A DNA stretch of 64,000 nt from Tubiluchus corallicola. Taxonomy: Eukaryota; Animalia; Priapulida. The notes beneath the pieces were generated by a model. That model had not been told where the DNA came from and ran no database searches. It saw only the letters and a program-made list of their open reading frames with translations. Where the stretch lies: positions 1-64,000 of the forward strand of contig JAQGDQ010000966.1 of NCBI GenBank assembly GCA_030141605.1. Reading direction: 5' to 3'. The translations under genes were made by a program, and so were the position numbers. Shown here piece after piece: positions 14,101 to 28,300 of this stretch; the stretch's first letter is position 1; the number at the start of each line of letters is the position of its first letter.

Positions 14101-17100
14101 TCACGAAGGATAGATTTCTTTGCGAAAGGTATGAAACAAACATGGAAAAAAATCTTTAACATTTGTGAAAATGTTCCTGGCGTCAAAAACAAAAATGGCG
14201 CCTGTCTAGAATCAACCTTCTTAACTTCTTTTATGACAGTACACAACAAAAGCGACACCTTGCTTCACTTCGCCTACAAGCCTAGCCTATTGTATCCCAA
14301 GGTAGGAATTTCTGGTAAACAAATGAAGTCTCTCTCTCTCACTCTCTCTCTCTCTTCTCTGTCCCTCTCTCCGTCTCTCTCTCCATCTCTTTCTCTCACT
14401 CTCTTTCTCTCTCTCCTTTCTCTCTGTTCTCCTTTGCTTTCTCACCATCTCTTTCTTTTTCCCTCCATCTCTCTCTCTCTCCCCAATGGCTTTGATATTT
14501 AATGAACCATATTTAGTGGAGTCCCGAAGTTTGACTACATTTTAGACCATAAGTTAAAATGTGTATGAGTGAAAAATCGTCCTGTTTTTCCATAACAAAC
14601 CGTTGTCCGATAAAAAATTTGGTGCAGCGGCAGACGAATTCAACATGATCACACAAACCTTTCTTTCCATTTCGGTTGCCAAACTTTCGCCGAAATCGGC
14701 ATCGAACGGAACCCTCTGAGCTAGCGCTTCGAACATGGCGGCGTACGTTTGGTAGCTGGGGGACATGCGATGCTGCTTCATCCATTCGAAGATTTCCCTT
14801 ACTGCTTCCGTATGACCCTTACAAATACGAACAGACAGTAAAGCTATGAAGTTGAACCCAGTTTATTTATCTGCCTAATTATTTTAACTCTGATCATCAA
14901 AAATCGCTCTGTAATTCTTTAATGACTCCATTATACATCTGCTTGCTTATGCACGACTATAACACACAACTTACAATATTGTTTGCAATGTAATTTTTGG
15001 TGTCCGGTTGTTCCCCCTTGCATGATACGCTTTTTGTTATGTAAATTATAACATCTGTATGCCTGTGCATGAAAATTAACGCCCATTTCAATATACTTCA
15101 ATATGCCAATATACAGATACACCCGATCTTCAGTTCCATTATTTTGATGATAATTTATTTTTTGACTGTCAAAAATTGTGCTTGTGTCATGAAATACATT
15201 TCAGTTGCAGTTGTTCTTATGTTTCCGTAGTCAGATTTTTATTTACAGTTCTTGTTTTGATTTTTTATTATACACTTCTTATTACTGCGTTATATGAGTT
15301 GTATGAATATGTTATATATAACACGGTATGAACATATCAATTTAATGTCATTTGTAAGAATCAAGTCCTAATTAAAAGCAGCATTAACACTGATACACTG
15401 TAGCACAACACTTATAAAAACATTCATCACTAACCTGTGGGCAGATGACCAATTGGTCTTTTGCTGCCCTTTCTTCACAATTTTTTTTCAAATTAATTGT
15501 AATATAATTGTATGTGTATTGCAAAATAAATAAAAAAAGTACACGGATTATAGATAATTATCAAAAACGAAAAAAGTAAGAAGAAGACTGCAATGCTCTT
15601 AAATCAAGTTGGTGCAAGTTGTACTGCAGTGAGTTTCATTTTCAAATTTATGTCAAATTCTGTTGTGTTATTTTTATGTTGTATTGTATTGTGTTGTATT
15701 GTATTGCATTGTACTGTAGTGACTTTCATTTATGTCTAATTTTCACTGATTGAAAAACTGTCAAAGCTTGAAAAAAGACGTTTGTCAAATTTGCTAATTT
15801 TCAAAAAGTTTTGCCATCTTCATTCTGTGTTGTTTATGGTAGTTATGATTTGACATTATGATTTGAAAAAGTAAGTTTGAATTTGAGTTTTTCAAAGTCA
15901 TGTGAAAATATTGTCCAATAAGTGATCTCATTTCTAATCACCATGTTATGCTACATCGCTACCACGTAGGGAGATTGCAATGCTCTTGATCAAGTTGTTA
16001 AATCCGCCTCAAAAATTATAGGAGTTGAACAGCAATCTATGGCATATTTGTATGAAACTAGGGTTGCAAAGAGAGCACACGTTATCATGAGAGATGAATT
16101 CCATCCAGGTAATAAATATTTTGAAATGATCCCCTCTGGCCGTAGATTCCGCTCAATTAACGCTAAAACCACAAGAAGTTTAAATTCTTTCTATCCAGTT
16201 GCAATTTGCACCATCAACAGTAAATTTCAGTAAATCTCCAATATTAATTCTTTATGTCACTTCAACTGTTTGAATTATTTGTATTAATCTCCTTGTTGTT
16301 TCTATAGGTCATTGCAGTACGTAAAACCACGAAAATTTCATTGTATGTAATATGTTATAATGACAATAAACCGCTTACTTACGTACTTAATAGAAAGAGA
16401 CTAGTGAAATGGAATACAGTGTTCCCTCGCTACCTCGCGGTTCGTTCATTGCGGACTCGCTGTTTCGTGGATTTTCAAAAATATTAATATAAAACTAGCA
16501 AAGGCCCCGCAAAAGATTTTGTGTAAAAAACCACGTGTAATCAATAATACGCGAACATCCTACCTAGTCCTCATTTATAACACAAAGCCCGTAACATCAT
16601 GCCTACTGTTTGTTTAACTAACACAAAGCCTGTAGCTTTTCGCTGAATTAAAGTTATAAGCAGAGTAGAGTACAATGGATGACGTCACAACAATGGCTTT
16701 GCGTCAGCAGTTTTCTAAGCGAAAATTGCCAAAAATAGAACATCTAATTAACTCGCCAGTGCTCCTCTCGGTGGACCTGCCCTAAAATGTGGCTCACATC
16801 ATCGTGTAGCCCTGTCCTTCCTCTTTGTAAAGAGCCATATATCTTCTTCCGAGAGTCCCACCGGGCGACGTTAGAACGTTTTTCCCGCAGGCTGTTTGGC
16901 TAAAATTTCGAAAAAATCGCGAGTTGTGTCCGGGAAAACGCCCGTTACGGGACACCGTAGCCCTCTCGCGAATTCTAAATAGGCCTATGACACCCACCGC
17001 TGAACTGTCTATCTATCTATATCCAATACCCCCCTCGGCCCGTTCCCGTTCTCTACATCTCAGGCGTATAACTTTTGTAAAAAACGGCCGAAAAATGGCC

Positions 17101-17223
17101 ATTTCCTCGCGGTGGGCCCCATTCGAAAAATAAACCCCCAATGAGACGACACTAGATCGAGACGTTTCGTTTGATATATAGATAGCCGCAAATGGTGCCC
17201 TCGTCGAAGCTGTAGCCTCGAAT

Positions 17224-17258
<35 letters not shown>

Positions 17259-20200
17259 ATTCTCTTATATTAATATTCTTGGTATATATATATATATATA
17301 TATATACCAAGAATATTAATATAAGAGAATAGATATTTATCGCGGTAATTTCGCTGTTTCGCGGGTTTTTGCGGTACTCCGTCTAAAGTGTTTTTGCACC
17401 TGCGTAGTACATATTGTACAGTAATGTACAGTATTGTACAGTAATGTATAGATGAATTTTGCATAAAAAAATCACAAAATATATAAAAATATATTAAAAA
17501 TATTAATTCTAATATTAAAAGAATATTATAAATCATAAAAATTACCATTTACAGTAAACAGTGTATTTATTTGGCGGATGAATATACGCCAAAAACGAAA
17601 TGTAGTACTTGCGCCCGCTTGAGATGCCACTTGCCGACGCGAGATTGTACACAACACACGATTGGTTGATTGATGGAAAGCTTTTTAAAAGGTACATGTA
17701 CAGCACGGGAAAAGTTATTAAGGGGATGGGAAAGGGTTATGTATAAGAGTGTGGGGAGGGTTTATAAAAACTTAAATAATGTATAACTACTAAAACAAAT
17801 ATAGCGTCCTAATTTCGCAGAAATTCACTTATCGTAGGTGGGCCTGAAACAGAACACCCGCGATAAGTGAGGGAACACTGTACATCAGTTTAAGGCACGC
17901 AATTACGTCAATTAACTAGTGGACGTTTTTGTTTGTGTCAAAATCTGTGGTAAGATTCCGGCTTTTCTAGTGGGAGATACTTTATATGAGAGTAAACTTA
18001 AAGGAAAGCGTAGTTAGCAGCAAATAAAAATTTCATCTCCGTAGGCCCCATGTACAAAACACAATTTTACTTTCTGCAAAAACGTAGCAAACCTTTTTTG
18101 CAGTTTAGCCAGTTGATTTACGTTTTGTTTTGTAAAAGAAGCAAAAATGCTGGTAATTCCCTAGTCATGCCTGACTGTGCTTGTGGTTCAAGATTAGAGA
18201 TTAGATGCCTGACTGTCCAAATTACACTCATATTAGAACAATTACGATTGATAAATTGATGTAGACATTGTCACATGTAAATATTGACATTGTTACACAG
18301 TGTAACAATGCTAACCGTTATTGGCGGAAATGAACAATTATGTTATGAATTAAACAGTAAAATTTTTGAACGTGTACAAAACTATATGTGTGCTGCGCAG
18401 CATAATCATCTATAAGTCGGCAATTAAACTTTTCCGTATCACATATCCCGAATCTTCATTTCATGAGGATCATTTTGACACCAAGCTCATCGCTCTATGT
18501 TATTTCTAAGCTGAGATAATCCACTTTGAAACTGAGGTGCAGGCTACGCACTGAAAAACATAATCTTGAGAAAATCACTGTGAAAGTTAGCCATTGCGTT
18601 TTGTCGCGTCTCTACAAAACACTTGGCAACTGCACAAATGCTGGTTGCTATGGACGTTGCAAGAACACGTTGAAGTTCTGCTTAAATCCAGTAGATTCTG
18701 ACAAAGATTTGGGCTTGGAAACAGGAAAAACCCGAAGCAAAATGGCTGCTTCCACAAGCTACTATTGGAGTTTAAAAAAATACAAGTTTTTTGCAATTGC
18801 AGTACTAGTTTCTAGACAGGAAAGTTGGTAAGAAGTTATAAAATTAAATTGTTAGTATTTTTTGAACATTTTCTTCATAATTTGATGCTAAAATATAAAA
18901 GCCCAACATATTTAGCGCCTGTCTCTACAAAATATGAAAAATTGACAATTGACCAAATTTTGGGTCATTCTACTTTGATCCATAACGTAGTTTTAACTAT
19001 GCCGACATATGGACGGTTTTGGTTCACAAGCACACATATTAAACCTTTTTGGCCCAGCCTCGAGCTAGAAGGTTATAGATTTCAAGATTTTTCACGTTGA
19101 TTTTGCCCTGTTTTTGTAGATAATGATGCACCATGGCATGAGCTTGTTCAACCTGCAGAAGAAAAAACAAACGATATTTGAATTGAAACTCAACACTGTC
19201 TAACACGTCATCAGGGAGACAATAAAAATACTTCTGTTTCCGTCTAATCACCAGGGGTAATATTTTTTTATCAAAAATTGGCCGGAAGTTTTATAATTTT
19301 TTTTTGTACGTTAATATGCTCACTTGACGCTGTCACCTAAAAGGGTATTTTTCTAATTTAAAACATAAAGAACGCAATAATTATCATAACATCATTCTTT
19401 CGAGGAACGCAGGATGCAGCCATGTTTTTGCGCGGCTAACTCTCGGCCAGGGTTGCTGTTTTGTATTATACTTATTGTATTGGATGCTAAAAAGCCATCG
19501 AATTTTCCATCAAATTGGAGTATCAATGGCCAAGTAGTGTTGCCGCTTATACTATAAATATATCAGAACAGTTTTTGTCGTTACAAATGACACTGAAATC
19601 AAATCGACAAATAATCAATCAAATTGCCAACCTTTCCAATGCTAATGGACACGTCGACGAAAGCTCTAAATTGAGCGACCGATTGCAGGTGCTTGTGGGT
19701 CGCTAACGTCTCTCTTTTCTCCGCCGCGTCGTCCGACTTTGCCGCCACGTCGCCGAATTCTTCATCGTTTGCGGTGCTCAACTCCGCGACCTCGTTTATT
19801 CTTTCTTCTGAGGCGTCAACCGCGTGCTCGACAAGCTCCGCGTCTTCCACGTCTTTGTCGAGGTCACCGGACCGAATCTGCGAGACGTCTTCTACCATGC
19901 CGGCTTGCACGGCCGGTTCAGCGGCGTCGGCTATCTGTTTTTGTGTACCTTGTTCAGCTGTGCTGCGATTCTCCAACTTTTGCAGTACCTAAAGGAAACA
20001 ATGAGATGGAAAATAGTATAACTAGCCAAGATCCTGCAAAAGATTTTGCGCATAAAAACACACATCATCGACAATGCGCGAGCATGCTACATAGTTACTG
20101 GCAGATCCAATCCACAGATTATTTCCGACTTTGAAATCCTAATTATATATGAACCCTACTTACGTTGAGTGAATATACAACACAGTAGCATCAATTACTG

Positions 20201-23200
20201 ATCACAGTATTTGCACTGCGTGCAGTGATGAAATATATGATTAGTTTGTTCAAGTATGAAATGCGAATGTGGCTCCATCTATGAAGCGTTTTAGTCAGGG
20301 GAGTATCAAGACTTTATGACGACCTAGGCTAATAGTTCTGTCCCATCTCTATTGTGAATTTATGATTGTTTATGTAATGAGCAGATTAAACAATTACTTG
20401 TGGTGTATTAGATACACTATTAACCTGGTTTCTATATGGTTATCATTAATTGCATGCATACGCGTAAATTGAAGTAGGCCGTGCAACTTTTTGTTGTGTA
20501 ATACCTTGCACCTGTTTGTTATGTGGCACTTATATAAAATCAGAGTTCTGTAACTGCCTGTGGTGTATGAAAGTATACAGATATTCCGAGGAGAATAAGA
20601 ATTTTTTCTAAAATGTGACGCCCTCAAAACTTGGTGCCCTAGACTGTAGCCTAGTTAGCCTAGTGGTGGATACATGCCTGGGTTCAATTTACGAGAATGA
20701 TGCTTTACTGCACCTTAGAGTGCCTGTGCTTCCACAGTTGCTGCTGCAGCTTCTTCAGCTTCCTCTCTGAAAGCGTCTTGGCAAACGTCTTGGAAAATGG
20801 AGAAACTGGAGAGCTTTCTTGTGCGACTTGTGACTGCAGCACTGAAAAGAAATACATGGGTGGCACTAAAACTTTGCTGCACAATACATGGGTGGCACTA
20901 AAACTTTGCTGTACAATACATGGGTGGCACTAAAACTTTGCTGTACAATACATGGGTGGCACTAAAACTTTGCTGTATAATACACGGGTGGCACTAAAAC
21001 TTTGCTGTACAATACATGGGTGGCACTAAAACTGCAGTTCAATATATGGGTGGCACTAAAACTTTGCTGTACAATACATGGGTGGAACTAAAGCTTCTGT
21101 ACAATATATGGGAGGCACTAAAACTACTGTACAATACATGGGTGGCACTAAAACTTTTCTGTACAATACATGGGTGGAACTAAAGCTGCTGTACAATACA
21201 TGGCTGGCACTAAAACTTTGCTGTACAATACATGGGTGGAACTAAAGCTGCTGTACAATATATGGGTGGCACTAAACCTTTGCTGAAAAATACATGTGTG
21301 GCACTAAAACTTAGCTGTACAATACATGGTTGGCAATAAAACTTCGCTGTAAAATACATGTGTGGCACTAAAACTTTGCTGTACACTACATGTGTGGCAC
21401 TAAAACTTTGCTGTACAATACATGGGCGGCACTAAAACTTTGCTGTACAATACATGAGTGGAACTAAAACTGCTGTACAATACATTGGTGGCACTAAAAC
21501 TCTGCTGTACAATATATGGGTGGCAATAAAACTACTGTACAATACATGGGCGGCACTAAAACTGCAGTACAATACATGGGTGGCACTAAAACTTTGAAGT
21601 AAAATTCATGGGTGGCACTAAAATTTGTTTAGGAATTATTTTAGACTTCCCCTTTCTTCCCTTTCCTATAACGTAACATTATATCGTAGCTATTTTGAAT
21701 TTCAGGATTCTAGCACCTGTTTTTAAAAATCTACATATTACCTTCTTCATTACAAACTTACCTGCTTTAAGCTGCTTTTTGGCTTCGGCTATTTCCGTTG
21801 TGATCTCGCATGGCTTCGCTTCTACTGTGGGCAACGCAGTTTCCTCTTTCGCTTGTTGCTCAACATCTTTCTGGACGGCCTTCTCTTTCTTGCGTTTCGA
21901 CCTCGGTTTCTTCGGCTTTGCGCTCGGCTGTTGCAGCTTGGCTTCGCTTTGTGATACAATTTGTCTACCGGGTTGTTTGGCAGAAATGGCTTCAAAAGAA
22001 AAATAAAGTATACAAAACAAATTTTCTAAACTAATTCGGGTTGTGTGGCCGAGTGGTTTAGATGTTGGACTGCAGCCACGTGGTCTTGAGTTCAATACTA
22101 GCGGCTGCCAATGTCAGGGCATATACATGTTATTCGTTATTTGTGTGCTCACATAGCAAAATTATTGGCAAGTAAGCTTCTCTAGTTATTCACGTATCCT
22201 GAATCTCCATTTCATGATCATTTCAACACGCCTACCATTGTAGAAATTGCGGTTAGTTTGTGACGTAAGAGCGATCGCTATATTCAGTTGCTGTTAATTA
22301 ACATTTCTAAGCTAATTATTCAAACATTAGAAACAACTGCTAACTCTTATAGGCAAGAAAATGTAAATTTTGGACAGTATATTAAAATAAGATTGAGTCT
22401 AATGAATTGTCCGGTTTTCCTTTAATAAGCGGTACAGTTTTGGATGCACGGGGTGGATTGATTTTAAATGAGTGCAACGCTTGAGAAGAGGAAATGAACA
22501 GTAATCCTATAATCAGTGACAACTGATTAATCTTAAAATGTTAAAATACGTGCTTGCACAGAAAAATCGTCCATAAGTTGGCAATTATGCTTTTCTAGTT
22601 ATTCACATATCCTGAATCTCAATTTCTAAGCTGAGATAATCCACGTTGAAGTTGAGGTGCAGGCTACGCACTGAAAAACATAATCTTAAGAAAATCACTG
22701 TTAAAGTCAGCCATTGTTTTTAGCACTTCTACACAACACTTAGCAACCTCGCAAAAGTTGGTTGCTATGGACTTTGCAAGAGCACATTGAAGCCATATAA
22801 GAATCCAGTAGATGGCTCCTCAAGACAAAGAACTGGGCTTGACAACAGAAAAAACCCAAAGCAAAATGTATAAATACATTCCCTCTATTTGCAGGAATAT
22901 GTTAAAAATTTCTAAAAGCATTTAAAGCATTTAAAAAGTCTTAAACATATTCACACACGCACGCACGCACGCATGCACACAGACACACACACATGTAATT
23001 TAGAATGTAATGCATTGGGCGCAATGAACGACAACAATCATACACAATACACATAGTTACAGATTATAATCCGTCACAACAAACTTAGACAATAAAAGGT
23101 AGCGAAATATATTTTAAAACATAGTAACGAAATCTACACGCATTACACACAATGAAAAACACGTGTACAATTATTAATGCAATTAAACATAATCATAAAT

Positions 23201-25286
23201 AAAAACAAAAAAAACAGCATGCGGGTAACAATGATTGGGACCACCTTGGAAATAAGTACTGAGTTACCTAACATTTTTCCTTTGACCAAATATTTTTCAG
23301 TTTGCTGATGACACCACATTCTTTTTCAATTTCAATCAGTTCAGCATTACCAACATAAATAACAGTTTTAACAGACATTTCTAACTGGTTTGAATCCAGC
23401 AACTAATCTCTTAATCCCACTAAAACTAAGTGCATTCTATTTCGCTCCAAAAATAAACCGATTCCTTTACATTGCTAGGGATAAGAATGACAAATTGCAA
23501 AAAACTCTGAAACAGGTCGGGGGTTTGAGGGGAGTGTAGGACCTCATGGGGGTTCAAGGGGGCAAAGCCCCCGTTGCAGCCAGCAAGAAATTGCAATTTT
23601 GTGACCATAGAGAGCTTCTAAGTGGACTTAAAATACCAGTTACCTTGTTTCATGCATAATTCAAAATACCCAACTATCAAGGATACATCATACCTAATTG
23701 TCTCAAAAACACCTAAGTACTGGCCGCTCCTATGCAAAAGTACATAAAAACTGTCCGCAATTGACTCAAATAACTCCGCACAATTGATTCTATATTTCTG
23801 TACGTAGAGATATACACGTGGTTACACTGATGTACGTGATGTAACCACAGTGACGGCCTGCCAACTAGCGGTCAGTTTGTGAAATAATGTAATGGGGCCG
23901 TAAAAATTTTCTCAACGAATTTACGCGATTTACAGAATTGGCACTACTGGTCTTCCAAAACCACAGAATTCCGCGTATCCGCGGAAAATTCTCATCCCTG
24001 TATATTGATGGACTGCCTATAGAACGTGTTCAGTCTACCAGATTAGTCTAAACAGTACTAGATAATATCTCTGTTATAATTTGTTCTGTTCTTGTCAAAC
24101 AGTTAAATAGTTTGTTGTTGCTTATATAGTGTGTATATGAGTCATTTCTGTTGTACTGTTACCTCACTAGTCATTGCTGTTACCTTGTCATTTCTGTTAT
24201 TGCCCAAAATTTCTCTATAGTTCTGAAACACTGTCTTTCCTGTCGCAGATGCAAGCATTTAATTTACTATTAATTTTGATTGGTAGTTTTAAACTTTAGT
24301 TTTTCATTACCACTTAGTCAGTGCTGACATCTGTTTGTACACTTGGAAGTTTTCAATATATGTATGTACTTACTACTGCTATATGTTTGTATGGAACTGG
24401 GTTACTGGGCATCTCCGTGAATGTAGTAGTTTCTCACACTTGGTAGCAAGATTAGAGGACAAGCAATAGTCTTAAACAGTTGTGTGGTTATAATAACGTT
24501 TTGACTCAGGTGTGGCTGATGGATTTACTTTAAATTTTGTTTACTACTGTTGATTATGTTTACCATTTTCGTGTATATGTGGACTGATTATGAGACTATG
24601 ATTTTGAGTAAAATATAGATTGCAAAGTTAAACCATGTTTTCATCAAGTGATTTCATCTGTTTAACACGAACATCGCAACTACAAAAACAGTCTGATAAA
24701 CCTGCCAATGTCGGTTGTTAGCTCTCCCCAAAACACAACAGCGACAACTTTAGCGTCACAACATTTCCTGAGCAATGAAGTGTTACATCTAATTCATTTT
24801 TATTACCATTACATTCCTACAATGTGATATGTTTTCATCCTTCCTCATGAATGAGCTACGTCCATTCAAGATGCATGTCAGATGCAAACACTGCCCAGCA
24901 AATGTGAAAACCAGTTCAACATATAAAAATGTTGCATTTGTATAAAAATTTGACCAGATATTTATAGCAAGGGACAAAAAATATATTTTATGCGACAATT
25001 GGTTTATGACACTGCTTGATGTTTATAGGTTGTATTGCATACCTCATGTCTGTAACAGTAATGACAAAAGTAATTATTCAGATGACTTTAAAATGGTCAT
25101 AGTAAATTTCTATGTGTTTTGAGCTCTGTCAGTATCCTTTTTGTATACAAGGGAACCTTATTAATAACAGGGAAGAATAACTTTAAGAACATCTTTCCAG
25201 TCATTTGGCAGATTTTTTCACATCTGTCTTGCACGTTCTGTAGAGAATGACCCATTTACAAGAATTATATCGATTAACACTAGCAG

Positions 25287-25347
<61 letters not shown>

Positions 25348-28300
25348 GTTACGTTAGTAGAAGGACAGCAGAAAAGTGAGAGTCCTATTAAATACATGTA
25401 AAACTAGATGTACTACGTGATTACCATGGGAATTGTGGAGGGATGGTGGCAAAAGAGTACCAATTAAATTTCATGCAGATATGCATCAGTAATAGCAGAC
25501 GTTTTCAGTGCTGTTTAGTACTACGAGTACTTAGTAGTAGTACTGATTAGAGTAGTAGTAGACTGACTTAGATAATTTTATGGATAAATTTAACTTACTT
25601 AGTAGCAGAATGACTTGAAGCTGAAGTTTTGAAGTTTTATTATTATCACATTCAGTATAATGTAATGGCATTAAGCACACAGTGACATCAAAATTGTTCC
25701 ATCATACTGTATTAAATTGTTATGTTTCATACACTATCGTTATCATAAAAGAATACAGTTATACCTCAGTTTTCGACCATAATTCGAGTTTAAAAAGTGT
25801 TTGAAAACCGATCTGGTTGAGTACCGAATCATTTATTCTCATATGAAATAATGTAAAAGCAAATAATCCGTTCTCAAGCACCAAATGAACTGTAAAGTAT
25901 TACTAAAACGAAATATAATAATGCAAAAATGCTTATTTAGACAGTAGATGTGATATTATTGATATGAAAAACATAATAGAATTCCTTAAAAAGAAAAACA
26001 TAATTATTCCTGCATGAAAAAACCTTACGTGTTGGTAGCAGTGTGATGGTATACGTAAGCAAGAGCAGAAACACGTGTGTGACTACTCTTGGGTGCGGTC
26101 GGTTACGTTCGGCTCTACTCTGCTCGCTGCACATGCGTTCATCATGTGCTTGGCGGTTGGTCGAAATTCTGGTCGAAAGCGGAGGCAATTTCAGCTGGAA
26201 TTTTCTGGTTGAAAATCGATTTGTACGAGTACTGAGATGTTCCAAAACCGAGGTATGACTGTAATTGTACTGCAGTGGGTTAGAGAAGCAAAGGCTTGTA
26301 TAAGCCCACTGTCATGTGAACTCGATAAAAAAAGAATGGATGAGTGAAAAGAAAGAACAAAAAAATCATTTCGTATTTTTCATTTCATTTTAATGCTTCT
26401 TTGTTGCATAGCCTATTTAGCTATTTCGCTTTCAAGTTTAATTTATTCCCCCATAAATTTATGTTAACAGTTGATTTTGCTAACCTACTTCATAACTATA
26501 TTACACTTTTAATTAGCAGCACTACAAATTTTTTACAAGTTACACTAACCTAAGAAGGGTAGCTGACTCGATGACCAATTGATCTTTCACTACCCCTTCT
26601 CCTGCACCCCCCTAACTCTTTCCTTTATGCGTAATTTATCCTTTTTAATTAATAACTATAAAATAATAGTCTATTTGTATTCTGGTGTAAATGAGGAGAT
26701 AAATAAAAATGTCTATGTCTATGCCTATGTTAACTTAATAAATGGCATAAACGAACACAAAAAAGATAATTTAAAGAAAGAAAAAATATGGAAACACAAA
26801 AATGAGAAAATGAATGAAAGTTATTAATGAGAATTATCTATACATAATTTTCAAAATAAAATTTAGATGCCTTCAAAGTGGGATTGGCAAGTTTATATAT
26901 AAATTAGCTTGTTTGTCCAATTTTTTTAAATCATTATAGCTTTTACATAAAAGTTGATTTAATTCATTTATTAATTAATTCATCGTTCAGAGACATTGGT
27001 CATGGAGAAGACTCAAAATCGCAACTGTAACGTAAAAGAAGAGACGGGGTGGCAAAAAGACCAAGGGCCACCAAGTCAACCACCCCTATCCAAACTGAAG
27101 AAAATTAAGTGACCTGTTAGTAGTAGTAGTAGTAGTAGTAAATCTCCAGTAGTTATAATATAACTTTTGAGACAAATAGTTCTTCGACTGTAATTGCGAC
27201 AAATTGCACATTTAATAGATTGTCATCAACACCTAGGTGACTCCACTGGCAAGTTTTCTCACTATAATATATAATCCAGCATCCTTGTTATAGGCATGTT
27301 CCAATTAGCACGGTGATTAAATTTCAATGGATGATGTTCATAGTGTCTATCTAATTTTGATTTAAATAAATTTACAGATGTTGCTGTTCTCACATCACAG
27401 GGCAATCTATTCCAGATTTCTGGCATCGTACAAGAAAAATAGTCGTATTTACCAGTTTTGTGTGCAGTTCTTGATTTATGAAGAATAGGACCTGATCTTG
27501 CTGTACGATGTACTTCTAATTTAACAGGACAATCATCACAGCTGTAAACTCCAGATACATATTTGTATACATCAATTAGTTGGCCACGTAAACGTCTAAA
27601 AGCTAATGTAGTTAAACCTATTCGTTTTAACTGACTTTCATACGTCAAGTTCATTAGTTCCGGTAACATGTTGAAAGCTCTCATTTGGACAGTTTCGACT
27701 GGGTCCACTATATATGCCCTAGGACTATTCCAAATACTACTTCCATACTCCACTTTTGATCGCACAAGTGCCACATATAGAAGCTTGAAAGTTTGCAGAT
27801 CTAGGTACTTGAAATTCCTCCTTATTAAAGCATTGTTTCGTTTGGCACTCTTTATGATTTCTGCTATGTGATCTTTAAAATTTAGTTTATTATCAAGTAA
27901 TAATCCAAGGTCTTTCTCACAAGCACTAAAGTCCAATTCTGCCGGAATGCCACTTGCATCATACATTTTGTATTTATATTCATATCCTGCTCCCACAGAT
28001 ACAACCTTACACTTGTTGGGATGGAACTGCATACCATTTTCAACTGCCCAATCACAGAGCCCTTCTAGATCCAAATGAAGATCATTACAGCTGGTAAAAG
28101 AATCAGATTCAGACCAGATTTTGCTGTCGTCGGCAAAAAGACGAAGAGAATTACTCACACAACTAGGCAAGTCATTTATAAATACCACAAATAAACAAAG
28201 ACCTAATACCGAACCTTGCGGTACACCACTAGTAATCAAGGACTCAGTCGATTTGTAACCATCAACACACGTACATTGACTTCTATTTCCTAAGAAGTTT

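Noticed and set aside
22038-22110. Functional tRNA genes (also 30561-30616)
   Set aside because: Stems are incomplete or mismatched; better explained as SINE heads or pseudogenes.
25157-25237. Exon-like AG...GT segment in POLRMT intron 1 (minus strand)
   Set aside because: It has a stop in the phase needed to join the flanking phase-1 exons, and no recognisable homology.
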